A stretch of DNA of 64,000 nucleotides from Bigelowiella natans CCMP2755 (taxonomy: Eukaryota; Protista; Cercozoa). The notes beneath the pieces were generated by a model. The model had not been told where the DNA came from. It made no database searches and worked only from the letters and a program-made list of their open reading frames with translations. A program made the position numbers and the translations under genes. Shown piece after piece: positions 52,429-62,312 of the stretch; positions within the stretch are counted from its first letter, which is position 1; each line of letters starts with the position of its first letter. Location: positions 1 through 64,000 of the forward strand of contig ADNK01000413.1 of NCBI GenBank assembly GCA_000320545.1, read 5' to 3'.

Positions 52429-53145
52429 ATGAAACAACACAAAATTTATTTTAATAGCAAAGATAGAATTACTGGAACAACCAATAATTTAAATTATCAA
52501 TTAAATAGTGTAATTGATAATGTATCTTCTATTTCTATTACAAGAGCAAGATTTCCAATTACTTGTTACAATGTGTCAGCTAAAAATAACATTTTAGAAA
52601 TTGAGAATAGTTCTGGAAACAAAACAAGTATGGAATTAACAAAACAAAATTATGGTGCTACTGAATTAGCAACAGAATTACAAACTAAACTTTCAACTAA
52701 TGCCTCAACAGTAGGAACTTTTACTCCTGTGCACAATGCTAAAACAGGAAAATTTAGCACAGGTTGTAGTAATAGTTTCAAAATAATTAAAAACGAATGC
52801 TCTAAATTTTTAGGTTATAATGACACTACACCTCTTTCTACATTGCATGTAGCAGATAATATGAGTAATCTATCACCAAAACCTGTTTACATTCAAACTG
52901 ATTTACAACTGGATACAGAATTAGCAGGTCAATTGTCAAGTGTTGTGCATGAAGTCTCTGGCGATGTGTCTTTTGGTAGTATCTCATATGATAATGAGAA
53001 ACCAAGTGAAAGGATTGAATTAATGAAAAAAAAGAATGTAAGCAACTTAAAATTTACACTTGTAGATGGTAATGGAGATGAAATAGAAAATAATGGTACA
53101 GATCATTCTATGATGGTATCTTTGTTTTGTCAGACTAAGGAATAA
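52429..53145 (+). CDS. Minor capsid (penton-like) protein
   Basis: IYFNSKDRITGT..L...IDNVSSISI..ARFP...YNV...NN, NY...ELA.ELQ and LKFTLVDGNG..IENNG.D.S match PLV/virophage penton patterns. Confidence 0.75.
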   Translation: MKQHKIYFNSKDRITGTTNNLNYQLNSVIDNVSSISITRARFPITCYNVSAKNNILEIENSSGNKTSMELTKQNYGATELATELQTKLSTNASTVGTFTPVHNAKTGKFSTGCSNSFKIIKNECSKFLGYNDTTPLSTLHVADNMSNLSPKPVYIQTDLQLDTELAGQLSSVVHEVSGDVSFGSISYDNEKPSERIELMKKKNVSNLKFTLVDGNGDEIENNGTDHSMMVSLFCQTKE

Positions 53146-53175
53146 GAAAAAAATATCTAATCATTATTAATAAAA

Positions 53176-54738
53176 ATGAGTGTTAGTATTACAGGTGAAA
53201 ACATCCCTAACCCTAATGTATCTGGTGGAACAAACAATGATAACAATTCTTCAGCAGGAGGCATAGTTGGGATTACAAGCAATTCGAATGACATTAATTT
53301 TGATGAAGGAGTTTCTGTGAATGGCATAAAATTTCAAAACACAGGAAACCAAAACGGACTTTTTATGGGTGTTGATTTGTCTGGTAATTCGTCTATGGAA
53401 ATGGTCTCTCCAACAACCTACATTGATTTTGTACATCAATTAGGTTCTGATTATACGAATCGTGTTCTGTCAAAAAATGACGGTATTCACTTCACAGGGG
53501 ATTTACACATGGGCATTATTAGACCTAATTATGTATCTTCAAGTACAATAACATCTACGAATGGAACTTTTAATGCTATTAATTTAGACGGTGTCCCTTT
53601 GAATCCAAGAAATTGTTTAGTTCACGGGATTACATCTGACATTGTAAGTGGAAACATGAAATTTACTATGAATTCTAATTTTCAAGAAAAATTAACAACA
53701 TTAGGCGATTATGATCTGTCAAACAAAATAACAAATGATGCTACAAATGGTTTGATTGTTAATGCTAATAATGTTAATGATGCAAGTGTTTTATCAACCA
53801 AAGTATCAAAATTTTCTTCATCTGTATCAGGAAAAGAACCAAAAATATTAAGTATTGACAATGATTTACAATTAGCTAATCATTCAGGTACACCTCAAAT
53901 GCGATTCAAAGATAACAGTGGCAATGTTCAAATTTCATGTAATGAATTAGAGTTAACAGATAATGTAGGGGAGGTAAAATTAAAGATCTTAGAAAAAATA
54001 AATAATGTAGAAACAAAAACAACAACAACAGAAAACAAACTTAATCCAATTACTTCATCTAACAACGAACATCAATTTTCAAGTTCCATTTTTGTAAATG
54101 GTTTGAGAAGCACAACACAACCTCATATCGATGGTATTCATTTAGGAAAAGATGTTCATAATGGTAGTAGCATTGAATTCGTTAGTCCAACATGTTACAT
54201 TGATTTCGTTCATAACAATTCAGGGACAGATTATGCGAATCGTATTTTATCCAATAATGATGGAATTCACATCACAGGGGATTTGCATGTTTTCAATACA
54301 AAAATTGCTGGAGATGTTACATTTCAAGGTTCATTGTTATCGAACACATTGACAGATTTAACAAATGGATTAAATGCAATTGAAGCATTAGCTATGAGCA
54401 ATAGCAACAATGTTCAAAATGGATTTAGCAATGTAAATGTCCCTATTGTAAGAGTCATTAATAATTCATCTACTGTTGTTTTCTTTGAAAGTGGTAATCA
54501 GCCACCTTTTTACAATCCTCGTGTAGAAAATGGTAAATCTACCGTTTTAGAACATGCTTCAAATGTTGTGTCATTAAATGTTCGTTCATCATCTCCATCA
54601 TGTAATTCATTTAATCTCACAGCAGACAAAGCAGTTAGCATAAATTCTGGTTCTGATCCTAATATGCCAACTGGGGCACAACATAGAATCGAATTGAATG
54701 GTCTGAATTTTGTAACCTTTACAATTTTCAATCCATAA
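53176..54738 (+). CDS. Asn/Ser/Gly-rich putative virion fibre protein with a duplicated ~50-aa module
   Basis: SSMEMVSPTTYIDFVH...DYTNRVLSKNDGIHFTGDLH is repeated as SSIEFVSPTCYIDFVH...DYANRILSNNDGIHITGDLH. Confidence 0.6.
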   Translation: MSVSITGENIPNPNVSGGTNNDNNSSAGGIVGITSNSNDINFDEGVSVNGIKFQNTGNQNGLFMGVDLSGNSSMEMVSPTTYIDFVHQLGSDYTNRVLSKNDGIHFTGDLHMGIIRPNYVSSSTITSTNGTFNAINLDGVPLNPRNCLVHGITSDIVSGNMKFTMNSNFQEKLTTLGDYDLSNKITNDATNGLIVNANNVNDASVLSTKVSKFSSSVSGKEPKILSIDNDLQLANHSGTPQMRFKDNSGNVQISCNELELTDNVGEVKLKILEKINNVETKTTTTENKLNPITSSNNEHQFSSSIFVNGLRSTTQPHIDGIHLGKDVHNGSSIEFVSPTCYIDFVHNNSGTDYANRILSNNDGIHITGDLHVFNTKIAGDVTFQGSLLSNTLTDLTNGLNAIEALAMSNSNNVQNGFSNVNVPIVRVINNSSTVVFFESGNQPPFYNPRVENGKSTVLEHASNVVSLNVRSSSPSCNSFNLTADKAVSINSGSDPNMPTGAQHRIELNGLNFVTFTIFNP

Positions 54739-54782
54739 TTCGTTTAGAATGAAAAAAAAATACATAGTCATATTGTAATCAT

Positions 54783-55163
54783 GTGGATAATGTTAGTAAT
54801 GTTAGAGAAACTTTAAAAGGTTATAGAGTTACACAATTGAAAGAATTGTGTCGTGAAGTAGGAACATCTCAATGTGCCAGAAACAAAAAAACTTTAATGG
54901 ATAGATTGACACCTATAGTTCTAAAAAGTGCTGGATATGAAGTCGTTTCTATTGAAAAAGAAGAAGAGGTAAAAAAACCAGCTAAAAAAATCAAAAGAGT
55001 TCCAGTTAAAAATAGTGTTAAAAAGAAAGAAGAGGAAAAAGTAGAGGAAGAAAAAATTAGTCTTGAATCAAAAGAAGATAGTAATGATGAAAAAGTAAGC
55101 ATAGAAATAGAAGAAGATGGTAATGATGAAAGTTCAGTAACAGAATCAGATGTAGAAAATTAA
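54783..55163 (+). CDS. Small SAP-like motif protein with acidic tail
   Basis: YRVTQLKELCREVG...NKKTLMDRL resembles SAP/HeH DNA-binding motifs. Confidence 0.45.
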   Translation: MDNVSNVRETLKGYRVTQLKELCREVGTSQCARNKKTLMDRLTPIVLKSAGYEVVSIEKEEEVKKPAKKIKRVPVKNSVKKKEEEKVEEEKISLESKEDSNDEKVSIEIEEDGNDESSVTESDVEN

Positions 55164-55355
55164 CTCTGTTCATGTAATGGGAGGAACAATAATTGTTTTA
55201 TTAACTTTAGGTGCATGTGTGATGATTGGACACATATTTGGTAGAGTGTCGGCATCAATTACTGATTTAGACCCTACTAACGATTATTTGATTGTGAATT
55301 AAAAAATTATTTTTTTGAAATTTTGTTTATAAAAATTATCTAAATCTTTATAACT

Positions 55356-55964
55356 ATGAGTTCTTCTACCGCACATTTCCGTAATTCAGTTTTAATTGAT
55401 GGATTACTTACCGGTCCTACCATTGTTAGAATAGACACCGAAAAAACTGCTGTTCTCAGCAGTCTTAATCAACAAATTTCTGACTTTCAAACAGCAGAAA
55501 CAAACAATGCTCAAGCAAGAGCAGATTTGCAAAATCAAATTGATGATGCTAATGCTTCTATGACTCAGGCTATGGGTGATTTAACCCAACTTGTTAATGA
55601 CAACAAAGCAGACATTGAAGGTAAATTAGCAACAGAAACTAATGAAAGACTTTCATTAGCAAGTGAAGTAAGCAACAGAAATGCATTTGTAGATGGTGAA
55701 ATTACCAGACTTGACCAACAACATGCTGATGATGATGCTAGACTTGCAGCTGTTGAAGCAACACAAGCTACTTTTAATTCAGATGTGGAATCTAAAATTC
55801 AAGAGAGAATTGATGCTCACAATGCTGATCTTGATAATACCCTTCCTCGTTTAGCAAAATTAGAAGAGTGTTTAGAAACAGATGAATCTGATCCTGCTAA
55901 TCCAGTCGTAAGAATTAAAGGAGGTGTTAAATTTGAAGTAAGTGGTGATTTCGTCCAAGGTTAG
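55356..55964 (+). CDS. Coiled-coil putative virion fibre protein
   Basis: Heptad-like Q/D/A-rich helix; C-terminus VRIKGGVKFEVSGDFVQG; TCTA at -17. Confidence 0.55.
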   Translation: MSSSTAHFRNSVLIDGLLTGPTIVRIDTEKTAVLSSLNQQISDFQTAETNNAQARADLQNQIDDANASMTQAMGDLTQLVNDNKADIEGKLATETNERLSLASEVSNRNAFVDGEITRLDQQHADDDARLAAVEATQATFNSDVESKIQERIDAHNADLDNTLPRLAKLEECLETDESDPANPVVRIKGGVKFEVSGDFVQG

Positions 55965-56011
55965 ATTGCAAATGTGATTTAAACAACATATAAAAAATCT
56001 AACAATTAATA

Positions 56012-56258
56012 ATGATGTCTAATATTAAAAGGTGGTGGTGCTTTTTTCAAAGAAACACCTGCAATAGCAAACAATGTAGTAGGTCAAACAATAGATACTA
56101 TTAATCAACAATTAAACGATAATAATACACAAAACACAGAAAATAAATTACAACTTGATTTTTCAAAAGAAGTTTTTATAATAGACAAAGAAAACAAAAC
56201 TATTACGATAAATCCTGAATGTAAACTCATTGTGCCTAATGATTTAATTCAAGGATAG
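56012..56258 (+). pseudogene. Short paralog of the preceding ORF, frameshifted after the start (not in the ORF track)
   Basis: The frame reads KGGGAFFKETP...TITINPECKLIVPNDLIQG*, ending like ...SGDFVQG*. The ATG is out of frame across an A-run. Confidence 0.45.
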
Positions 56259-56297
56259 TTCGTTTAAAAATAGTATAGTTTTTTGTAGTCATAAGTA

Positions 56298-56490
56298 ATG
56301 ACTATAAGAAAAGTGTATTTTTATGGATTAACATGTTTAAATACAAGAGAAACATATATAGGTTCTACTACTATGGATCCAAAATTAAGATTACAAATGC
56401 ATGTCGCTAATTTTAGAGCACATGAAAAAGGTTTTGGTAATTTTTGCTCTTCGTATCAAATTTTAAAAAGAGATAATTATATGTTTAAAG
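56298..56490 (+). pseudogene. N-terminal half of a GIY-YIG endonuclease, truncated
   Basis: VYFYGL...TYIGSTT...RLQMH...CSSYQIL, followed by an abrupt switch to helicase sequence. Confidence 0.7.
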
Positions 56491-57744
56491 TTAAACAACG
56501 AATGTAAATACATAAGAAAATTTGATATTTCACCACATGATGTTATATGCTTTGATGAGGTTTATATATATTCACTACATCAACTATCAAAAATTAAGTT
56601 ATTTATGGATAAGCATGTTGATAAAAAATTTATTGCTACTGGTGATTTAGCTCAATTGGATCCCATTGAAAACGAATATCTGTTTAACAACATCAAAGAC
56701 CTTGATGTTAGAACAACTGAAGCTATGAATGATATGTTCCCTAATCAAATCACTCTTAAAATCTGTAAGAGAGTAAAAACAGACGAGGAAAGAAATACTC
56801 TTGCACGATTAAAACAAGAAATATTTGATGTAAAAACTAAACCATTTGATGTGCTAAAAAAATATTTTAAAGTTGTTGAAAGTATGGATAAAGTAAAGAC
56901 TCTTAACAATATTACCTTCTACAACTTTAGATCCCGTTCAGTAGGTAAGTATATCCACGGTCTACAATAGAAACCGAGAAAAAAAGTTTATGTAGATGGT
57001 ATTTGCTACTATGCTGGTATGGAGATTGTGTGTAAAAAATATAATAAGAAACCAAAACTATATGTGAACTATGCTTATGAAATTGTTAAAGTAAGTAAAA
57101 AAGAATTTGTAATACAGGATGTATGTGATATGGAAGAAATAAGAATTCCTATAGAATTAATTAGTAAGCATTTTAGATTATCATATGCCTCTACCTGTCA
57201 TAGTTTCCAAGGATTATCAGTAGATGGCCCTATCACCGTATTCGATACTAACACCTGTAGAATTAATCGCAAGTGGCTCTGGACTGCTATAACTCGTTCA
57301 ACTGACCTATCACAGATACAAATATATCAGCACAGCGATAAAGAATGCTACAGATTAAAAGAAAGTATGATTTCTCAAAAACTACGAATGAAAGTATCTT
57401 CATATGAATCTCAGGACAAAAGAGCTGGTAGAACTTGGAAAGATAAAGAACATATTGATGAGGAATGGATAAAAAGAACTGTTAATAATCATCCACAATG
57501 TCCTGTGTGTAGATGTGGATTTACTGCTGATAATGTTTCTGTGGATAGAATTGATAATGCTCAACCTCATCTGTGGAATAATTGTAGATTGACTTGTGTG
57601 GAATGTAATCTTAGTAGAAATAATCAACAGACTTACCCAGCATTTGGTGAGTACACCCCTCAGGATGTTGAGTTTGAAGATGGCTTTGAGGATCAATGGG
57701 TGAAACCTGGGTACGAAAACACCATCACTGGGCTGGAGCTTTGA
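56491..57744 (+). pseudogene. C-terminal fragment of an SF1 helicase plus HNH-like domain (PLV replication protein), with in-frame stop at 56968-56970
   Basis: VICFDEVY (Walker B), ATGDLAQLDPI, YASTCHSFQG, WTAITRS, then CPVC...VDRIDNAQPH..NNCRLTCVECN. Walker A is absent. Confidence 0.78.
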
Positions 57745-57991
57745 GGCATCGTGTGCCCCGAAAATTTGACATTTAATGTCTTTGCCACATCAGCCACACG
57801 TGTCAGTTCTTCACCGGAGACTCTCCCCGCTGCTGGGCATTCCGGGATGAAAATGGGAGTCCCTAATCTTCGGACACTAACGGACACTAACGGGCAATAC
57901 CGGTAATACTCCCGGTAATGCTCTTTCCGGGGATTCGCCGCAACGAGAGTCTCCCGTGAAGATCTTCACTCCAGACTCGAAATCAGACTCG

Positions 57992-60183
57992 ATGAAGCGT
58001 AGTGGATCTTTTGACGAGAAAAGGAAGGTAGATGAAAGAATCCCTAGCAGGAGAAGTTCGAAAGCACAGGTACTTATCCTACGAGGCTTGCGTTCGGGAG
58101 CTTAAGCTTTGATGTGTTCTCAGCGTTCTGAGGTATGGGGAAATCAGATGGACTCTATTAGCAAACAAATCGAGAAATTGAGGGATGAAAGAAAAGCTTT
58201 GAGCATCGCTTGGGCAACGGAGAAGAATAAGGAGAAAGAAGAGGCGCTCAAGGGTGCTATTGACAAATTGGACGAGGAAATTCAGGCGAAGGAGGCAGAA
58301 CTGAAGGAAACGATAAAGAAATTCGAGGAGGCAACCCAAGGTTATGAATTCTGTTAACATCTGAGGAAACAATCGGTGTGCTGAGATATTTTTGCGTGTG
58401 TGTTCAGCCATGGAAATTGAGGAAAGCGGCAGGGGGGGTGATGCCCAATGTCTCTGTGCAAATAATCCATTGTTCTAATTTTATTGTGATTTGATTTCAG
58501 GGGAGAAACGCAAAAGCATATCGGATTACGAACGAGGAAGCGAAACAAAAGGTGACTAGACTCATCCTCTCTAAGTATCTGTTTGATAGTCCCGCTTTAC
58601 GTGGATACACAGGCAAACGATTCAAGATTGACACGGATGCCGAAGAATTTTTCCAAGCTTTGAGAGACACTCCGTTCACAAAAGGGACTGCAATGCAGCT
58701 GGTGCGCATAACGAAGAACATCCTCGTACCTGGGCATCGTGCTAGTTGGATTCGGGGGTCCAGGCACCCTGTTACTCTTTTCTACCGCAAGGCATTTTCA
58801 GAAGCAGTACGCAGATTTCGAGAATGTTATCAACTTCGCCGTGAGGGAAAGTCGAGCATTGATTGCTGTATACTCTCTGGGCAAAGTGGTATAGCCAAGA
58901 GTGTGGCCTTTTTGCTAACGTACATCAAGGTGGCGCTTAAAAATGACGAGAAGGTTGCGTTCTATTCCGTGCCAGAGGGTATCCTTTACTGCATCTACGT
59001 CGAGAACGGTACAGTCAAGTGTTCAACATCTGTAGTTACCCCCTTAACATTCCACAGTGAAGAATGGAAAAGCTTTGACTCTACTTCGACACACCTTGTC
59101 GTCGATCCCGAGAACGGATTCGGGCACCTAAATGTCAACATCACAAAAGCCTTTGTGGTAGTGGCAAGCTCGCCCAATAAGGAGTGGAAGCAATTCGAGA
59201 AACTCCTTAAGGCCGGAACGAAGAAGCGGGATCTCACCTTGTATGCGGATGTCATCCAAGAAGATGAATTCAACGATATTTCTGCGGGAAACAATGAGAG
59301 TGGCGGGGCGGATGGAAACTGTACTGTCAAGGGCTTAAAAAGCCGATCCGAGATAGCCGGGGGGATGTTGCGGCACATTGTGGACGAGCAAAAGTTCAAG
59401 AAGTTTCAAGACTCCCAAGACCACATGTTGCGAATGTTTCAGGGCAAGATTGGCGAAAACGTGGAGATGATACAACCTAGGGATGTCGCTTTACCAAGTT
59501 CCGTGTTCTGCATCCGCCCCATTCTTAAAGACGGTTCGCACACTAGTTCGGATTTTGTCCTGGATTTCCTGAGCCCTTATGTAGAATCCAGAGTGGTAGG
59601 GGCGCTTGCCGAGGAACAGTCTAAGCAGAGTGAAAGTATGTCTGGTTTAGAGGCAGAAAGAAGGTGGTTTCACCTCATAAAGAATGGGGGAAATTTTGAA
59701 GGCCGACATGTCGGCTCACATTTGCCAGAAGAATTGAAAGGCAAGACTATCACTGTCTCATTTAGTCGACACAAACGAGTGATTCACCATCGCGAAAATA
59801 GTAAGGAAGAAAAGAATAAGTGCTTGGAGGAAATCCGCGAATTGAAGGATTCGAGCACGCTGGTCATTTGCCCTCCGAACTACACAAACATAGATGGTGC
59901 TTCAAGTGCTGAGGTGCTGCATCAGATGGCTAAAGGAAATGTTCACGACTTTAAAGTCAAACACAAAGACGAGGTTCTTGTGGATACGAAAGTTGTCACG
60001 ATTTACTACTACACTTTGGAGAAGCATTATCATACATTCCGTGTGAATTTCGTTTACAAAGACGTGTCAAAATCTGACCAGGAAGCGTGGAAGAAAACCT
60101 GGCACAAGCACTTGAGGTTCGTAGTCGTAAAACTCGATCCGGTAAGATTTTGGGATAAATTAAAGAAAGCACTTGGAAAATGA
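57992..60183 (+). CDS. Crinkler/RHS-like effector gene (N-terminal coiled coil, P-loop NTPase, REase-like C-terminus), spliced, inside the TIRs
   Basis: ILSGQSGIAKSVAFLLTY, LVVDP, VVVASSP, GGMLRH and PPNYTNIDG...HQM...H motifs; GT-AG intron 58070-58123 joins in phase. The splice path into 58501 is not fully resolved. Confidence 0.6.
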
Positions 60184-60270
60184 AAGCGAAATCCGAAAGG
60201 TTAAAGCGATCATTAGCGATGAGTGAGGCGCACACTACTGTGGCTAGAATTCAAGATGTAGCGATGACGT

Positions 60271-60627
60271 GATGCTCTGCTGTGGAATTTGCTATGTCAT
60301 TTTTAACAAAGATTGTTTTCACAAAACACATGGGATGTGCCCGTGATTTTCATCATGTCATTCTAGCAATTCAGTTCAGTAGTAGGTCGTCAGTAGGCAA
60401 ATTTTCATGTTGCGCATTTTCGCAATTTTTGCTACTGATTGCTGATGGGAAATCAAATGTGGGTCACTTGACATGTCATGCTCGTGCAATTTTGCCATGT
60501 CATTCTAGCAATTCAGTTCAGCAGTAGGTCGTCAGTAGGTGAATTTTTGAAATGAAAATTTTGTGTCATTCCCCCACTGACGGCAGATGGGAAATCAAAT
60601 GTGGGGCATGGTGTAGTAGTCTGCTGC
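60271..60627 (-). repeat. Right terminal inverted repeat
   Basis: Reverse complement of 41812-42169; retains more TpA than the left copy. Confidence 0.92.
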
Positions 60628-61070
60628 GCACACGATGCATGACGTGAGCAGCTTGTCTAGCACATGGCCACGGCGACCAGGCTAGCTAGCTAGGCCTGCG
60701 CATGTGCTGCGCATGCGCAGCGCATGCACGCCGCACGCAGCGTAGCCGCCATGCTGCGCACGCTAGCACACGTGCTACGCACTGCTGCTCCAGCTGGCCA
60801 GTGCTGTTGGACTGCACATGTGCATTGCTAGATTGTGACGGACCATTGAAAAAAGTGACAGATCATTTCATTGCATCCGTCTCGCTACCATCTCGCACTG
60901 ATGAAACTTCATTGCTGCTAGCTCTAGTTAGCTAGGGCTAGCTAGTCAGCAGCACGTGCAGCAGCTGCTGTTGCGATCGTGCACATCTTGCGAGAGCGCA
61001 GCTCATTCTCATTGGTGCAACAAACTAGCAATCAAAAACATGTGTCTGCAACATGCTGCATTGCTTTTGC
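60628..61070. other. TpA-depleted, CTAG-rich flank to the right of the element
   Basis: gctagctagctag runs; virtually all TA in CTA/TAG context. Confidence 0.6.
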
Positions 61071-61398
61071 TTCCCTGATTTCACCAAAGAAACAACCAAT
61101 CAGATGCCATGTTAGTACTGTTTTAAATTATATTCACAATTGACAACCCCACCCGCAGGGCTTGTCATTTTCTATCAGAATGTATCTTGTATGAAGCTCC
61201 ATTTTAGAGAAGCATTACTCGGCATGAAAAGGAAAATGATGATTTAAACGCTTCGATGGATTCAGGATTCAGACATACAAGGACACCCTTGACAGTTTGT
61301 GTACTCCGGCTGAGAAACGAAAGTTTCTTCTGCCTTCAGTTGATGCTCATCATAAGGTTTTCAGAGAATACTGGATCCTACAAAGTTCTCGTGCGCGT

Positions 61399-62312
61399 TT
61401 AGCTTAACCTTGGGAAATCGTCTGCCCTCATAGCGCGTTGAGGTGCCTGGTTGCCACCCCTTCGACCACGGCCACGGCCTCGGCCTCGCCCCCCACGGCC
61501 GCGTCCTCCACGGCGGCCACGACCACGGCCACGATCCCTGTTGTCACGATTTTGGCGACTGCCTCGTGCAGGTTGGTAGCTAGCATTGAATGAACCAAGG
61601 TCGAGAACTTTCTTCGACTTCTTCTTCTTCTTCCTAGACTTTGATTTCACCTCTTCGAAAACGTCTCCATAGAGGGCTCCCTCATCGGTCTTCTTTCCCG
61701 CGAGCTTGCCAGTCTTGAAGCCTTCTTCTTCAACAACTTCACGTGCTTTTTTTGCGTTCCCATCAATCTGAACTTTTGCCAGGTATTCTTCAAGAGTGAA
61801 GTTATCTTTCTCCTCTTCTTCCTCCTCCTCCTCATCAAATAGATCATCTAGCTCCTCATCCTGAGCGAGCTCGTCTCCTTCCTTCTTCTCCCCATCAGCA
61901 CCCTCCTCCCCAGCACCGCGGCCTCGTCCGCCACGGCCCTTGCGTCCACGGCCTCCTTTGCCGCGCCCACGTCCGCGTCCGCGTCCACGTCCGCGTCCGC
62001 GTCCGCGTCCGCGTCCACGGCGCGAGCCATCGTCAGCTTGAACACCATACTCGGTTCCCGGAACTCCCCATCCACCCTTACCTGCACCCTTCTTTCTGAT
62101 CTCGCGACCGCGTCCGGTTCCACTACGACGGTCGAATTCACGCTTTGGTCCGCGACCTCCTCCAGTCGCTGCACCTGAATAGTTTTCATTCACGATTGAA
62201 TTGGATTTCTCTTGTTCTTTACATACTATTTTGTACCTCGGGCCTTGCTCTTTTCCTGATCCGCGGGTGCTTGCAGTAATGCAAATGGGTTCGAATCTCC
62301 CACCCCACTCAT
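61399..62312 (-). CDS. HABP4/PAI-RBP1 (SERBP1/Stm1-like) RGG-rich RNA-binding protein
   Basis: N-terminal NPFALL, KREFDRRSGTGR, KKGAGKGGWG, FTLEEYL, RG repeats and C-terminal DFPRL; one short intron near 62190-62236. Confidence 0.85.

Larger units (their letters stand above)
41812..60627. mobile_element. Endogenous Polinton-like virus / virophage-like element, ~18.8 kb, defective
   Basis: Long terminal inverted repeats; intronless AT-rich gene array with A32-like ATPase, double-jelly-roll-type MCP, penton-like protein, GIY-YIG genes and an SF1 helicase fragment. Confidence 0.88.
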
